Source: an uncultured Dehalococcoidales bacterium | GTDB taxonomy: Bacteria > Chloroflexota > Dehalococcoidia > Dehalococcoidales > CAYYQY01 | Assembly: GCA_964473905.1 (NCBI GenBank) | Contig: CAYYQY010000001.1 | Span: 2,963 to 66,962, forward strand | DNA: 64,000 nucleotides | Direction of reading: 5' to 3' | Part shown: positions 18,155 to 27,245 of the stretch, one piece after another | How positions within the stretch are numbered: the first letter of the stretch is position 1 | Layout: the number at the start of each line of letters is the position of its first letter | Notes under the pieces: generated by a model | The model's database searches: none | Seen by the model: the letters and a program-made list of their open reading frames with translations, nothing else | What the model was told of the DNA's origin: nothing | Translations under genes and position numbers: made by a program

Positions 18155-18519
18155 CTGCTCACCTTGAAAATCTCTACAGAGAGTATAGTTGTGCCATCAT
18201 GTTCGGCGTTAACAGTAACACTCTGGATACCGTCATCCGTTTCGTGCACCAGTCCCACCACCGGAGGTGGAACAGACCAACCCTCCGGCACGTTAAGCAC
18301 CGGGTCTACCGGATATTGCGTGGCAGAGTATTGGTAGTCACAGTCTTTGACATACTCCACTTGGCTGCGGACCAGGCTCTCAGCTATAACCTGTTCGCTA
18401 ATGACGACGGTAGCCTCACCTACCGTCGTTAGACCACAAAGATAGGTAACGGCCACTATGCCCAGGATAGCCAGTGCTACTAACGTCTCAATCTGTGCAA
18501 ATCCACCGTTATTTTTCAT
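18151..18519 (-). CDS. prepilin-type N-terminal cleavage/methylation domain protein (pseudopilin)
   Basis: MKNNGG/FAQIETLVALAILGIVAV: Gly-Phe site, Glu at +5 and a hydrophobic helix. Confidence 0.75.
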   Translation of the reverse strand: MKNNGGFAQIETLVALAILGIVAVTYLCGLTTVGEATVVISEQVIAESLVRSQVEYVKDCDYQYSATQYPVDPVLNVPEGWSVPPPVVGLVHETDDGIQSVTVNAEHDGTTILSVEIFKVSR

Positions 18520-18710
18520 ACGATTACTATATGCCGCCTGGCATTCCCCGTGCCATTATAAAATTATTCGTTTTCTTATAATATACGGGCATCCCCTACT
18601 TAAATTGGGTGTTAACCCCCAAATTGTTGCGGTGCCTGCATGATTTATCGTGGCTCAAGCAATGGTGGCAGCCGAATAATTGTCACCGCAGAACATGCCC
18701 CCATAAAATG

Positions 18711-18719
18711 TGATATAAT
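18711..18719 (+). promoter_or_regulatory. extended -10 promoter element TGaTATAAT
   Basis: Read directly. It lies ~57 nt upstream of the lipid kinase TTG start. Confidence 0.4.
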
Positions 18720-18775
18720 GCCTCCGGCTTAAACTTGGAAGGAAAAATTAGTCCGCTGCGAAAGGACAGATATTT

Positions 18776-19684
18776 TTGTTAAATGCCAGGCTAATCGTGA
18801 ATCCAGCTGCCGGTGCCGGCAGAACGGCCAAGAAATGGCCGAAAATAAGGGACCTTTTGAAACACATCGGACTTCATTTTGAACACGACCTGACAGAAGC
18901 CCCCGGACATGCTATTGAGCTCGCGAAAACAGCAGCTGCGAAAGGCTATGAGCTAATCGTATCTGTTGGTGGTGACGGCACTATTAACGAGGTGGTAAAC
19001 GGGATGTACGAGGCCGGCAGCACTCAAGACGTTACGCTGGGTATAATAAGCACCGGAACCGGCAGTGATTACGCGCGGACTATCGGCATCTCACCTCATC
19101 AACAGGAAGCCTGCCAGTGCCTGCTGCACCCGAGGCAGACCACGGTAGACCTGGGTGTGCTGGAATACACCAGTAACAGCCACCGGACAAAGCGCCTCTT
19201 CGTAAACTTCGCCGGCCTGGGATTCGCCACCGAAGTAGTCAAGGCGACCACACAGAAATTCAAGTTTCTGGGAGGTATGCCTTCTTACCTTACGGGACTT
19301 TTAAGCACCTTCCTGCTCTATAAGAACAAGGAAATAACCTTGAGGCTGGATGGAGTAGAGGAAAAAAGAAATATATGTACCGTGATGATGAATAACGGTA
19401 AATATGGCGGCGGGAGTATGCTGGTGGCCCCGGATGCCGACCTTCGTGACGGTCTTCTTGATGTCCTGATAATTGATGCTTTGAGTAAAGCGGACCTGCT
19501 ATGTTCACTGCCAAGAATCTATAAGGGCACTCATCTTACCCATCCAAAGGTTTCATTGAAGAAAGCAAAGATGATAGAAATAGAGGCCAAACAAAAAATG
19601 TTTCTCCAAGCCGACGGTGAACTCCTAGGAGAGACTCCGGCCCGGGCTTACGTAATGCCGGCTGCCCTGAAAATCATTACCTAG
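18776..19684 (+). CDS. diacylglycerol/lipid kinase family protein (YegS/BmrU-like)
   Basis: 302-aa ORF with TTG start. Motifs are NPAAGAG and VSVGGDGTINEVVNG (DAGK catalytic domain). Confidence 0.85.
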   Translation: MLNARLIVNPAAGAGRTAKKWPKIRDLLKHIGLHFEHDLTEAPGHAIELAKTAAAKGYELIVSVGGDGTINEVVNGMYEAGSTQDVTLGIISTGTGSDYARTIGISPHQQEACQCLLHPRQTTVDLGVLEYTSNSHRTKRLFVNFAGLGFATEVVKATTQKFKFLGGMPSYLTGLLSTFLLYKNKEITLRLDGVEEKRNICTVMMNNGKYGGGSMLVAPDADLRDGLLDVLIIDALSKADLLCSLPRIYKGTHLTHPKVSLKKAKMIEIEAKQKMFLQADGELLGETPARAYVMPAALKIIT

Positions 19685-19732
19685 AAGATTAGCGCTTACC
19701 TGTGTGTCACACGCACGAAAACTATCACTGAA

Positions 19733-19769
19733 GCAACTGATAATCGGTACTTACTTAGTTATCAGTTGC
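19733..19769. terminator. bidirectional hairpin between convergent genes
   Basis: Perfect 11-bp stem GCAACTGATAA / TTATCAGTTGC with a 15-nt loop, between the kinase stop (19684) and the rpsU stop (19826). No clear U-tract. Confidence 0.45.
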
Positions 19770-19825
19770 CCGTGAACGGCTCGCATTATTTTGCATAACC
19801 AGACATATTCACACCCGGTACTTTC

Positions 19826-20011
19826 CTACCTACCCATGCGTTTGCGTCTGGCATTCTTCTTGGCTTTAAGGCGCGCCGTTTCTCTCTTGGATAAAAACCG
19901 GCGGTGTGCTTTCGCTTCGCGCAGGACACCGTCCATCTGCAACATCCGCTGAAAGCGCCTTAATAGCGAATCCTGTGTTTCACCCTCACGAATAGAAACT
20001 TGTAATGACAT
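19826..20011 (-). CDS. rpsU: 30S ribosomal protein S21
   Basis: MSLQVSIREGETQDSLLRRFQRMLQMDGVLREAKAHRRFLSKRETARLKAKKNARRKR matches the S21 pattern. Start moved to the internal ATG at 20011. Confidence 0.9.
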   Translation of the reverse strand: MSLQVSIREGETQDSLLRRFQRMLQMDGVLREAKAHRRFLSKRETARLKAKKNARRKRMGR

Positions 20012-20612
20012 ACTACACCAACACATTCTAGGGACAAACATATTGCTGTTATCTTAAGCCCATGAATGTCCAAATAATCTAGCTATATAGAACCACTCGG
20101 TCTGCTTTCACTTAAAAGCAGCGCCAACAACGGACGCCCCCGCTTTTTAACAGACTTCGAGATTAATCTTTTGTTTACCGCTATACCGCAGAGCTGTCAC
20201 TGCGGGCTCTCGCTGCCCGGTACGGCAGTAAAACTTCCCTACTGATCCTTGCCGGATACCGGAGTGAATCTCCCCGAAACCGGAGGGATGACCTCCCCTC
20301 TTCACTGGAGTAGGTTCAAAATGTGGCCATCCAATTACTCGGCCTAAGGTAACCTAGCATCCGCATTTTCTTAAAGAAGTATTAAAATAACCCTGATAAA
20401 ACTAGTTGTCTAATTATGCGCCAAAATGATTATGTTTGCAATCATGTTTTCCCACATAATTAATGGTTGATATACCCTATTTCTACCCGGAGATAAAGAC
20501 ACGTCAGAAGAGATACACTCAGGCGAAAAGACACGGAAATAACCATATATCTCACTTTCTAAGGGCTCCCGTCTCTATGATACATTCACGTATATTATCC
20601 ACCAGCTACGTG

Positions 20613-20621
20613 TGCTATAAT
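20613..20621 (+). promoter_or_regulatory. extended -10 promoter element TGcTATAAT
   Basis: Read directly. It lies ~60 nt upstream of the nitrilase ATG, which has a GGAG/GAGG SD. Confidence 0.45.
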
Positions 20622-20679
20622 TACCGTTAATTTCGTTCGCCATGCCCGGGCCGTTTAAAAACGCAGGAGTAGAGGTCAG

Positions 20680-21819
20680 ATGATAGAGAAGAAGGTTCTA
20701 GGCGGTAGAGACAAGGTTAAAGTAGCGGTAGCGCAGGCTGCCCCGGTCTTTATGGACAAGGGGAAAACCATTGAGAAAACCTGCCGGCTGATAGTAGAGG
20801 CGGGTAAAAACGGGGCGGAGCTTATTGTTTTTCCAGAGACATTTATTCCCGGCTACCCGGCAATATACACTGGCGGTTGGGAGAGTAAACTGTCGGAGTG
20901 GGCCCCGTATATGATTGCCCTCCAGGATAACTCTATCGTAGTTAACAGTATGGATACGGAGATTTTGGGGCAGGCAGCCAGAGAGGCAGGCGTCTATGCC
21001 GTAATCGGCTGCAATGAGCTTGATGACCGACCAGGAAGCAGAACGATCTATAATACCCTGCTATTTATGGACAGGAACGGCCGGCTTATGGGCCGGCACA
21101 GAAAGCTCATGCCCACCTATAGCGAGCGGACTTACTGGGGGTGGGGCGATGCCAGCGATTTGCAGGTTTTTGACACCGACATAGGCCGCATTGGCGGTCT
21201 TATTTGCGGCGAGAACCTCATGATTTTACTGAAAGCCGCCATGATGCACAAGGGAGAGGAGTTCCATATCGCGGTCTGGCCGGGCGCCTGGAGCGGGCAG
21301 GGGCTAACACACGTCATGGACCCGGAGACAGACCCACACGGGGCTACTTCTTCTCTCTATCCGGTTATCAGGACATACGCCTGCGAAGCTCAGGCTTTCG
21401 TACTCAGCTCATGCGGCATAATGGGAGAGGCAGATTTCCCGGATAAATGGCGCCATATAAAAGACAGCGAGCATACCAACTACAGCTGGTCGGTGGGAGG
21501 AAGCGCTATAGCCAGCCCTCACGGTAAATTGCTGGCCGGGCCTGCCATCGGTAAGGAGGAGATTATCTATGCTGACTGCTACGCTCATCATATCAAGCTG
21601 GCAAAGGCAATTTTTGATTGCCTGGGACACTATACCCGGTGGGACGTGGTCAGCCTGCAGCTGAGAAATGAGCCATGGACACCGGAGACGGGGATGACGC
21701 CCGGCCCCGGCCTGGATATACCGCCAGCCGAGATACGGCGCATAGGCGAGAAATACGAGATAAGCACCCAGAAACTGGAGGCCGTAATTAACGAGCTAAA
21801 TAAACGCCTCTCCCCGTAA
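20680..21819 (+). CDS. nitrilase / carbon-nitrogen hydrolase family protein
   Basis: 379-aa ORF. VAVAQAAP start of the CN-hydrolase fold, catalytic Glu (FPETFIPGYP), Lys (HRKLMPT) and Cys (GGLICGEN). Confidence 0.85.
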   Translation: MIEKKVLGGRDKVKVAVAQAAPVFMDKGKTIEKTCRLIVEAGKNGAELIVFPETFIPGYPAIYTGGWESKLSEWAPYMIALQDNSIVVNSMDTEILGQAAREAGVYAVIGCNELDDRPGSRTIYNTLLFMDRNGRLMGRHRKLMPTYSERTYWGWGDASDLQVFDTDIGRIGGLICGENLMILLKAAMMHKGEEFHIAVWPGAWSGQGLTHVMDPETDPHGATSSLYPVIRTYACEAQAFVLSSCGIMGEADFPDKWRHIKDSEHTNYSWSVGGSAIASPHGKLLAGPAIGKEEIIYADCYAHHIKLAKAIFDCLGHYTRWDVVSLQLRNEPWTPETGMTPGPGLDIPPAEIRRIGEKYEISTQKLEAVINELNKRLSP

Positions 21820-21952
21820 GCCGGTAAAATTATTCCACATCATTACATATAAGCACCGGATATTATTACTCTATTGAAGCTGGCTATAATCACCAGCTTG
21901 CATCATCACGGTTGTTTTGCTAGTATCATTACAAATCTTAAAGGGGGTAGTG

Positions 21953-24010
21953 ATGAGCGAAGAGCGTATCGTAAAAACACTGTGCAACATGTGCCAGTTA
22001 GGTTGTGGCCTAAATGTGCATGTAGAAGCAGACCGGGCTGTAGGTATCAGCCCTATGGAGGAGCATCCTCTGAAAGTCCTGTGTCCGAAAGCTGACTCGC
22101 AGGCAATCCTGGAGATGGTTTATGCCGAAGACCGGTTAAAAACTCCCCTGCGAAAGATAAACGGTGAGTTCAAAGAAGTGTCCTGGGGTGAAGCCTTCAA
22201 CTATATAGGCAACGAGCTTAACCGGATTAAAGACAAATACGGAGCACAAGCCTTCGCCTATAATACGGGGAATGCGTTCATCTCCACTCACGTAGAGAAG
22301 GTAGCCAGGCGTTTCTGTGACCTCTACGGTACGCCGAACTTCACCTCCGGCGCCAGCTTCTGTTTTTACGCCAGATATTTTGCCCAGAGCCTGACGTTTG
22401 ACCACCGGGGTGCGTATGCACTTCCCAGCTGGCGTAACACGCAGTGTGCCATTATCTGGGGAGGGAACCCTACGGAAAGCTCCAGCCCGATAATGCCAGC
22501 TTTAAGTGCTCTTCGACAAAAAGGGGGGAAACTGATTGTGGTTGACCCCCGTGCTATTCCACTCGCCAGGCAGGCAGATATCTATGCCCAGATAAGACCG
22601 GGAACGGACTGCGCTCTGGCTCTCGGCCTGCTTAACGTTATCATAGCTGAAGAGCTGTATGATAAGGATTTCGTCAGTAACTGGACTGTCGGCTTTGATA
22701 AACTCGCCGAGCATGTTAAGGAATATACCCCGGAAAAGGTAGCAGCAATAACCTGGGTACCGCCGGAGACCGTAAGGGAAATCGCACGGATGTATGCGCA
22801 GAACAGCCCGGCCAGTATTTTACAGGGGGTAGCCGTTGACCACTTCAATAACGGTGTGCAGGCAAGCCGGGCTATTGCCATATTGATAGCTGTTACCGGC
22901 AATCTTGATATACCGGGCGGCAATACCTGGCCGTCAAGAGGGATACCTTTTACCAACCTGAGAATGCTCGACAGAATACACGATGATGATGGTATCGGAG
23001 CAGAATATCCCATATTCAACCGCTTCACACGGGAACGCTCGGCCATGTGTATTCCCGATGCCATACTCAACGAAAAGCCGTACCCTATAAAGGCGTTACT
23101 GGTACACGGCAGTGAACCGATGCGCATCTGGCCCAATACCAACCGGGCCGCAAAGGCACTCAACAGCCTGGATTTACTGGTGGTAATAGATATGTTTATG
23201 ACGGACACCGCCAAACAGGCTGACATAGTCCTGCCCTGCACCAGCTTTTTAGAAGGCGGCTCCTGGAAAGACTATCGTTCCAACGGTCTGCCCATGGTCG
23301 GCATCGGTAATGCGGCTATCGCACCGATTGGCAACGCGATGGAAGACTGGCGGATAATAGCCGAACTCGGCAAGGAGCTCGGTTATGGGGAATACTTCCC
23401 GTGGCAGAATGCCGAAGAGCTTTTCCAGTATTTATTTGACCCAACCGGTATAACCGTGGAGCAGTTTAAGGAACGGCCCGGTGGCGCATTCTACGCCAAA
23501 CCCGAGTCGCAGAAATATCTATCGTCAGGCTTTAGTACACCGTCCGGTAAGGTAGAGCTGTATTCCGAAACTTTAGGCCAGTATGGCTATGATCCTTTAC
23601 CCGTCTTTGAGGAGCCGATGGAAAGCCCTATAAGCAGGCCGGACCTGGCAGGAGAATATCCGTTTACGCTGATTACCGGAGCCAAGACAAGGTATTTCAC
23701 CCACTCCCGGTTTCGTAATGTGCCTTCGTTAAGGCGGCACGTGCCTGAGCCCCTGGTTGAGATTAATTCTGAGGTAGCGAAAAAGATGGGTATAGGACCG
23801 GGTGATATGGTAGCTATTGAATCGCCCAGGGGAAGCATCAGCCTGAAGTCCCTGCCGACCGGTGATATACATCCGCAGGTAATAAGTATTCAGCACGGCT
23901 GGGGAGAAGCCAACGTCAACCTGCTGATAGATGACACTGTCGAAGTCCGTGACCCGATTTCAAGCTACCCGCCCTTCAAGGTTACCCTGTGTAAGGTAAC
24001 CAAAGCTTAG
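21953..24010 (+). CDS. molybdopterin-dependent oxidoreductase (DMSO-reductase/MopB superfamily), cytoplasmic single subunit
   Basis: Frame of ORF 21917-24010, with the start at ATG 21953 after AAGGGGG. N-terminal 4Fe-4S motif CNMCQLGCG. MopB core and C-terminal molydopterin dinucleotide-binding beta-barrel (FTLITGAK...SIQHGWG). No twin-arginine signal. Confidence 0.85.
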   Translation: MSEERIVKTLCNMCQLGCGLNVHVEADRAVGISPMEEHPLKVLCPKADSQAILEMVYAEDRLKTPLRKINGEFKEVSWGEAFNYIGNELNRIKDKYGAQAFAYNTGNAFISTHVEKVARRFCDLYGTPNFTSGASFCFYARYFAQSLTFDHRGAYALPSWRNTQCAIIWGGNPTESSSPIMPALSALRQKGGKLIVVDPRAIPLARQADIYAQIRPGTDCALALGLLNVIIAEELYDKDFVSNWTVGFDKLAEHVKEYTPEKVAAITWVPPETVREIARMYAQNSPASILQGVAVDHFNNGVQASRAIAILIAVTGNLDIPGGNTWPSRGIPFTNLRMLDRIHDDDGIGAEYPIFNRFTRERSAMCIPDAILNEKPYPIKALLVHGSEPMRIWPNTNRAAKALNSLDLLVVIDMFMTDTAKQADIVLPCTSFLEGGSWKDYRSNGLPMVGIGNAAIAPIGNAMEDWRIIAELGKELGYGEYFPWQNAEELFQYLFDPTGITVEQFKERPGGAFYAKPESQKYLSSGFSTPSGKVELYSETLGQYGYDPLPVFEEPMESPISRPDLAGEYPFTLITGAKTRYFTHSRFRNVPSLRRHVPEPLVEINSEVAKKMGIGPGDMVAIESPRGSISLKSLPTGDIHPQVISIQHGWGEANVNLLIDDTVEVRDPISSYPPFKVTLCKVTKA

Positions 24011-24068
24011 CCGGGCTGGCTTATATAAATGCCCTCCTGGCAATTTGAGAATTTAGAGTTGTAACGAC

Positions 24069-24671
24069 ATGGAACAAGAAGCCATCTGGGTATTCCTGCT
24101 TGCCGGGACGGTAACCTTTATCAGTGTCTTTATACAGATTGTCAGCCGGATAAGACCCTTCCAACGGGTAGTCGGCAATAAGGCAAACTGGGTCGACCAG
24201 GTGGTGTTGATTATTCTCTTCGGCGGCTTTTCCGTAATGGGCACCTATATGGGAGTGCGCCTGCCCTCGGGAGCTATCACCAATGTTAGAGACCTCGGGC
24301 CTATTATTGCAGGGCTGACCGGTGGCCCTCTGGTCGGTCTGGGAGCAGGCTTAATCGGCGGGGTGCACCGCTACTTTCTGGGTGGTTTTACCCAGACAGC
24401 CTGTGGAGCAGCGACTGTCCTGATTGGCCTGACCAGCGGCTTAATCCGCCGGTTCAACCGGAACCGCCTTATCGGATTCTGGCACGCAGTGCTGTGTTCC
24501 GTTCTGATGGAATGCTTCCACATGGTACTGGTGTTAATTATGGTCAGACCATTCGCCGACGCCCTTGACGTAGTAAAAATGGTTTCATTTCCCATGATAC
24601 TGGCCAACATGGTGGGCGTAGCCGTCAGCTTTATACTCATTGACCATGCCGAGTTGAGGGAAATCAAGTAA
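24069..24671 (+). CDS. stand-alone 5TM-LytS-type (5TMR-LYT) membrane domain protein
   Basis: 200-aa polytopic ORF. NVRDLGPIIAGLTGGPLVGLGAGLIGGVHRYFLGG matches the LytS/YhcK sensor transmembrane module. No kinase domain follows. Confidence 0.65.
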   Translation: MEQEAIWVFLLAGTVTFISVFIQIVSRIRPFQRVVGNKANWVDQVVLIILFGGFSVMGTYMGVRLPSGAITNVRDLGPIIAGLTGGPLVGLGAGLIGGVHRYFLGGFTQTACGAATVLIGLTSGLIRRFNRNRLIGFWHAVLCSVLMECFHMVLVLIMVRPFADALDVVKMVSFPMILANMVGVAVSFILIDHAELREIK

Positions 24672-24762
24672 TCCTTACGCTGGACATGGTGTAATTCTGT
24701 TATATTATTGAGCAAGAAGTCCGGAACGGACCGGAAATAATTATATACGGGAGGTTGTTAGC

Positions 24763-25014
24763 ATGTCTGATTTAGTAGCCACAGTAATATCCCAGAAGGG
24801 GCGGTGTGAAGCCGGACATAAAGTAGGTGATGAATTCCTGATCGGCGATAAGACGCCGCCGGGCATGTGCACCTGGGCTTTCTATGCCCTGTTTCCCTTC
24901 GCCACCGTACTGCAGTTCGGCGCGTCTTTCCCCTGGGAAAAATCCGCCGACAGGACAACCGTTGCCTGTCCCGACCCGTTAAACCCGGTAGTATTTGAAA
25001 TAAGGCGGAAGTGA
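24763..25014 (+). CDS. small Cys-containing protein, TIGR04076-like
   Basis: 83-aa ORF with the pattern C.AGH..GD.F......PPGMC.WA......... F.W.....ACPDP.NPVVFEIRR, recalled from the TIGR04076 family. GGAGG SD. Confidence 0.6.
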   Translation: MSDLVATVISQKGRCEAGHKVGDEFLIGDKTPPGMCTWAFYALFPFATVLQFGASFPWEKSADRTTVACPDPLNPVVFEIRRK

Positions 25015-25048
25015 CCCCCCAAACCGATTTAACGAAGGAGAGCCAGCT

Positions 25049-26587
25049 ATGATACTGGGCGACATAGTCAAGCGCAATGCCCGCAGGTATCCCCATAAGC
25101 CGGCCCTGATATTCCATGAGGTGCGGCTGAGTTTCGCCGAGTTTTACCGCCGGGTAAACAGTATGGCCAACGGGCTGCGCGGTCTGGGTATGAACCAGGG
25201 TGATAGAGTGGGGATTCTTCTGGATAACTGCCACCAGTATGCCGAGCTTTACCTGGCAATACCGGCAGGAGGGGGGATTGCCGTGCCCGTGAACACCGCG
25301 CTAAGTGCCCAGGAGATAGCCTATATTCTCCAAAACGCGGACGTAAATATACTGGTATTCGGGGAAAGGCTGGCTGCTCTCGCCGGATCACTGCAAAGAG
25401 AGATTACCACGCTCAAGACGCTGATAGTAATCGGCACGCCTACCCCGGACACACAGGGCTACGAACAACTGATTTCACAATATACGTCTGAAGAACCGGA
25501 GGTCAGCATCGGCGAGCAGGACGTGGCCTGTCTGCTGTACACCAGCGGCACCACCGGCGTACCTAAAGGAGCCATGATAACCCACCGGGGCATGATAGAA
25601 AGCGCGCTCAACTGCCTGCTCGCCTGTCACTACCAACATGACGACATAGTGCTGGTAATGACGCCTCTATTCTGGTCTACGGGGATATTGGCTAACATTA
25701 TGCCGCTTTTCTATACGGGCGGCACCGTGGTTATCACGGATGATTTCTCCACGGAAGGTATCCTGGAAGTGATACAAAAAGAAAAAATCACCGTAACTGC
25801 TATGGCACCGCCAACAGCCATCGCCATAGCCGAACATCCAGGGCTCGGCAGCTATGATATAAGCAGCCTGTGCGTTATCATCCTCGGCGGAGGCCCCATG
25901 CCCCTGGAGGCTCACAAGCGAGCCATAAAGACGATGGGTAATATATTCTATAAGTTCTACGCCCTGAGCGAGACCGGCCCGGCAAGCTGCCTGCCCCCGG
26001 AGGAGCAGGTAATAGAGGGCGCCCCGGATAAAATGAAGCGGCTGGCTTCAAGCGGCCGGGAAGCCACCAATATTGGGTTAAGAGTTGTTAACGAAGAAGG
26101 CAGGGACGTGCTGCCCGGTCAGGTTGGCGAGGTGATTATACGAGGCGATAGCCTGACCAGGGGATACTGGAGGATGCCGCAGGCTACCGAAGAAGCACTG
26201 AAGGGCGGCTACATACATACCGGCGACCTGGCCTCGCTGGATGAAGACGGTTACCTGTACCTGGTGGGGAGAAAGAAAGACCTGATAGTCAGCCACGGTA
26301 AAACCATATATGCCGTGGAGGTGGAGGAAGTAATCGGGCAGCATACAGACGTGGTTGAGGTGGCCGTGATGGGTATACCGCAGGGTAGCGGGGAAGAAAC
26401 CATCAAGGCTATCGTGGTAATCAGGGGCGGGGCGAAGACCGCGGTTGAAGACATCCTGGAGTTCTGCCGGGAGCGCCTGCCGGACTATGCCTGCCCGGAG
26501 TCCGTGACCTTTATGGATAAGCTGCCGCGGAACCCCTCGGGTAAAGTGCTGAAGAGAGTGCTTCTGGAAAGATACGGCGTTGACTAA
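25049..26587 (+). CDS. AMP-dependent acyl-CoA synthetase/ligase (ANL superfamily)
   Basis: 512-aa ORF with the AMP-binding signature LLYTSGTTGVPKGA, YALSETG, GDLASLDEDGYLYLVGRKKD and a C-terminal PRNPSGKVLKR lysine. Confidence 0.9.
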   Translation: MILGDIVKRNARRYPHKPALIFHEVRLSFAEFYRRVNSMANGLRGLGMNQGDRVGILLDNCHQYAELYLAIPAGGGIAVPVNTALSAQEIAYILQNADVNILVFGERLAALAGSLQREITTLKTLIVIGTPTPDTQGYEQLISQYTSEEPEVSIGEQDVACLLYTSGTTGVPKGAMITHRGMIESALNCLLACHYQHDDIVLVMTPLFWSTGILANIMPLFYTGGTVVITDDFSTEGILEVIQKEKITVTAMAPPTAIAIAEHPGLGSYDISSLCVIILGGGPMPLEAHKRAIKTMGNIFYKFYALSETGPASCLPPEEQVIEGAPDKMKRLASSGREATNIGLRVVNEEGRDVLPGQVGEVIIRGDSLTRGYWRMPQATEEALKGGYIHTGDLASLDEDGYLYLVGRKKDLIVSHGKTIYAVEVEEVIGQHTDVVEVAVMGIPQGSGEETIKAIVVIRGGAKTAVEDILEFCRERLPDYACPESVTFMDKLPRNPSGKVLKRVLLERYGVD

Positions 26588-26640
26588 CCGGCAAACAAGA
26601 TGTATTCTTATCCAGAAGGGCTAAGGTGAACGCTTAAATT

Positions 26641-27150
26641 ATGTACAGGATTGCCATAACTTTTGTTGCCATAGTACTGCTGGTCTGCTCCAGCGGTTGT
26701 GACGAGATATCCGACATCACCGGAGGCATTACGTCTCCGTCCGGCTCAGGAGGACCGCAGATAGTCAGAGAAGCCGGTATCAGCCCTGGTTGGGCAATGA
26801 AACAGATGAAAATCGAACTGTCCGGCGGCGAACAGTTGTCCATACTCCTGAAATTGGAAAACGGCGATAGAGTGGACGGCTACTACTACCTGGAAAAGGG
26901 CAATGATATAGATTTCAACATAACCGGAAACGCCCTGGTCTACCGGTCACCGGAGCCGGGCGCGCAGGACACCACAGGTATCACCTCCGACAGGTTCTCC
27001 TTCGTCGCTACCCAGGCGCAGGGAAGTACCTACACGCTGACTTTTGATAACAGCGCCAGCGACACGGAGCAGAATATAAAGGCAACTATTTTCCTGGAAG
27101 TTATTTATCCGGAAGATGGCTCGGTGTTCATACCGGTTGACTCAAACTAG
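26641..27150 (+). CDS. putative lipoprotein, function unknown
   Basis: 169-aa ORF with a signal peptide ending VLLVCSSGC (lipobox-like). Confidence 0.6.
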   Translation: MYRIAITFVAIVLLVCSSGCDEISDITGGITSPSGSGGPQIVREAGISPGWAMKQMKIELSGGEQLSILLKLENGDRVDGYYYLEKGNDIDFNITGNALVYRSPEPGAQDTTGITSDRFSFVATQAQGSTYTLTFDNSASDTEQNIKATIFLEVIYPEDGSVFIPVDSN

Positions 27151-27245
27151 CATTTCCTATTAATCAACAGCCACTACCATTACCTTTGCCCCGGAAGCAC
27201 CAGCACTGTATAATAAGCGCAACTCAACGCTTTACGGCAAAACGT

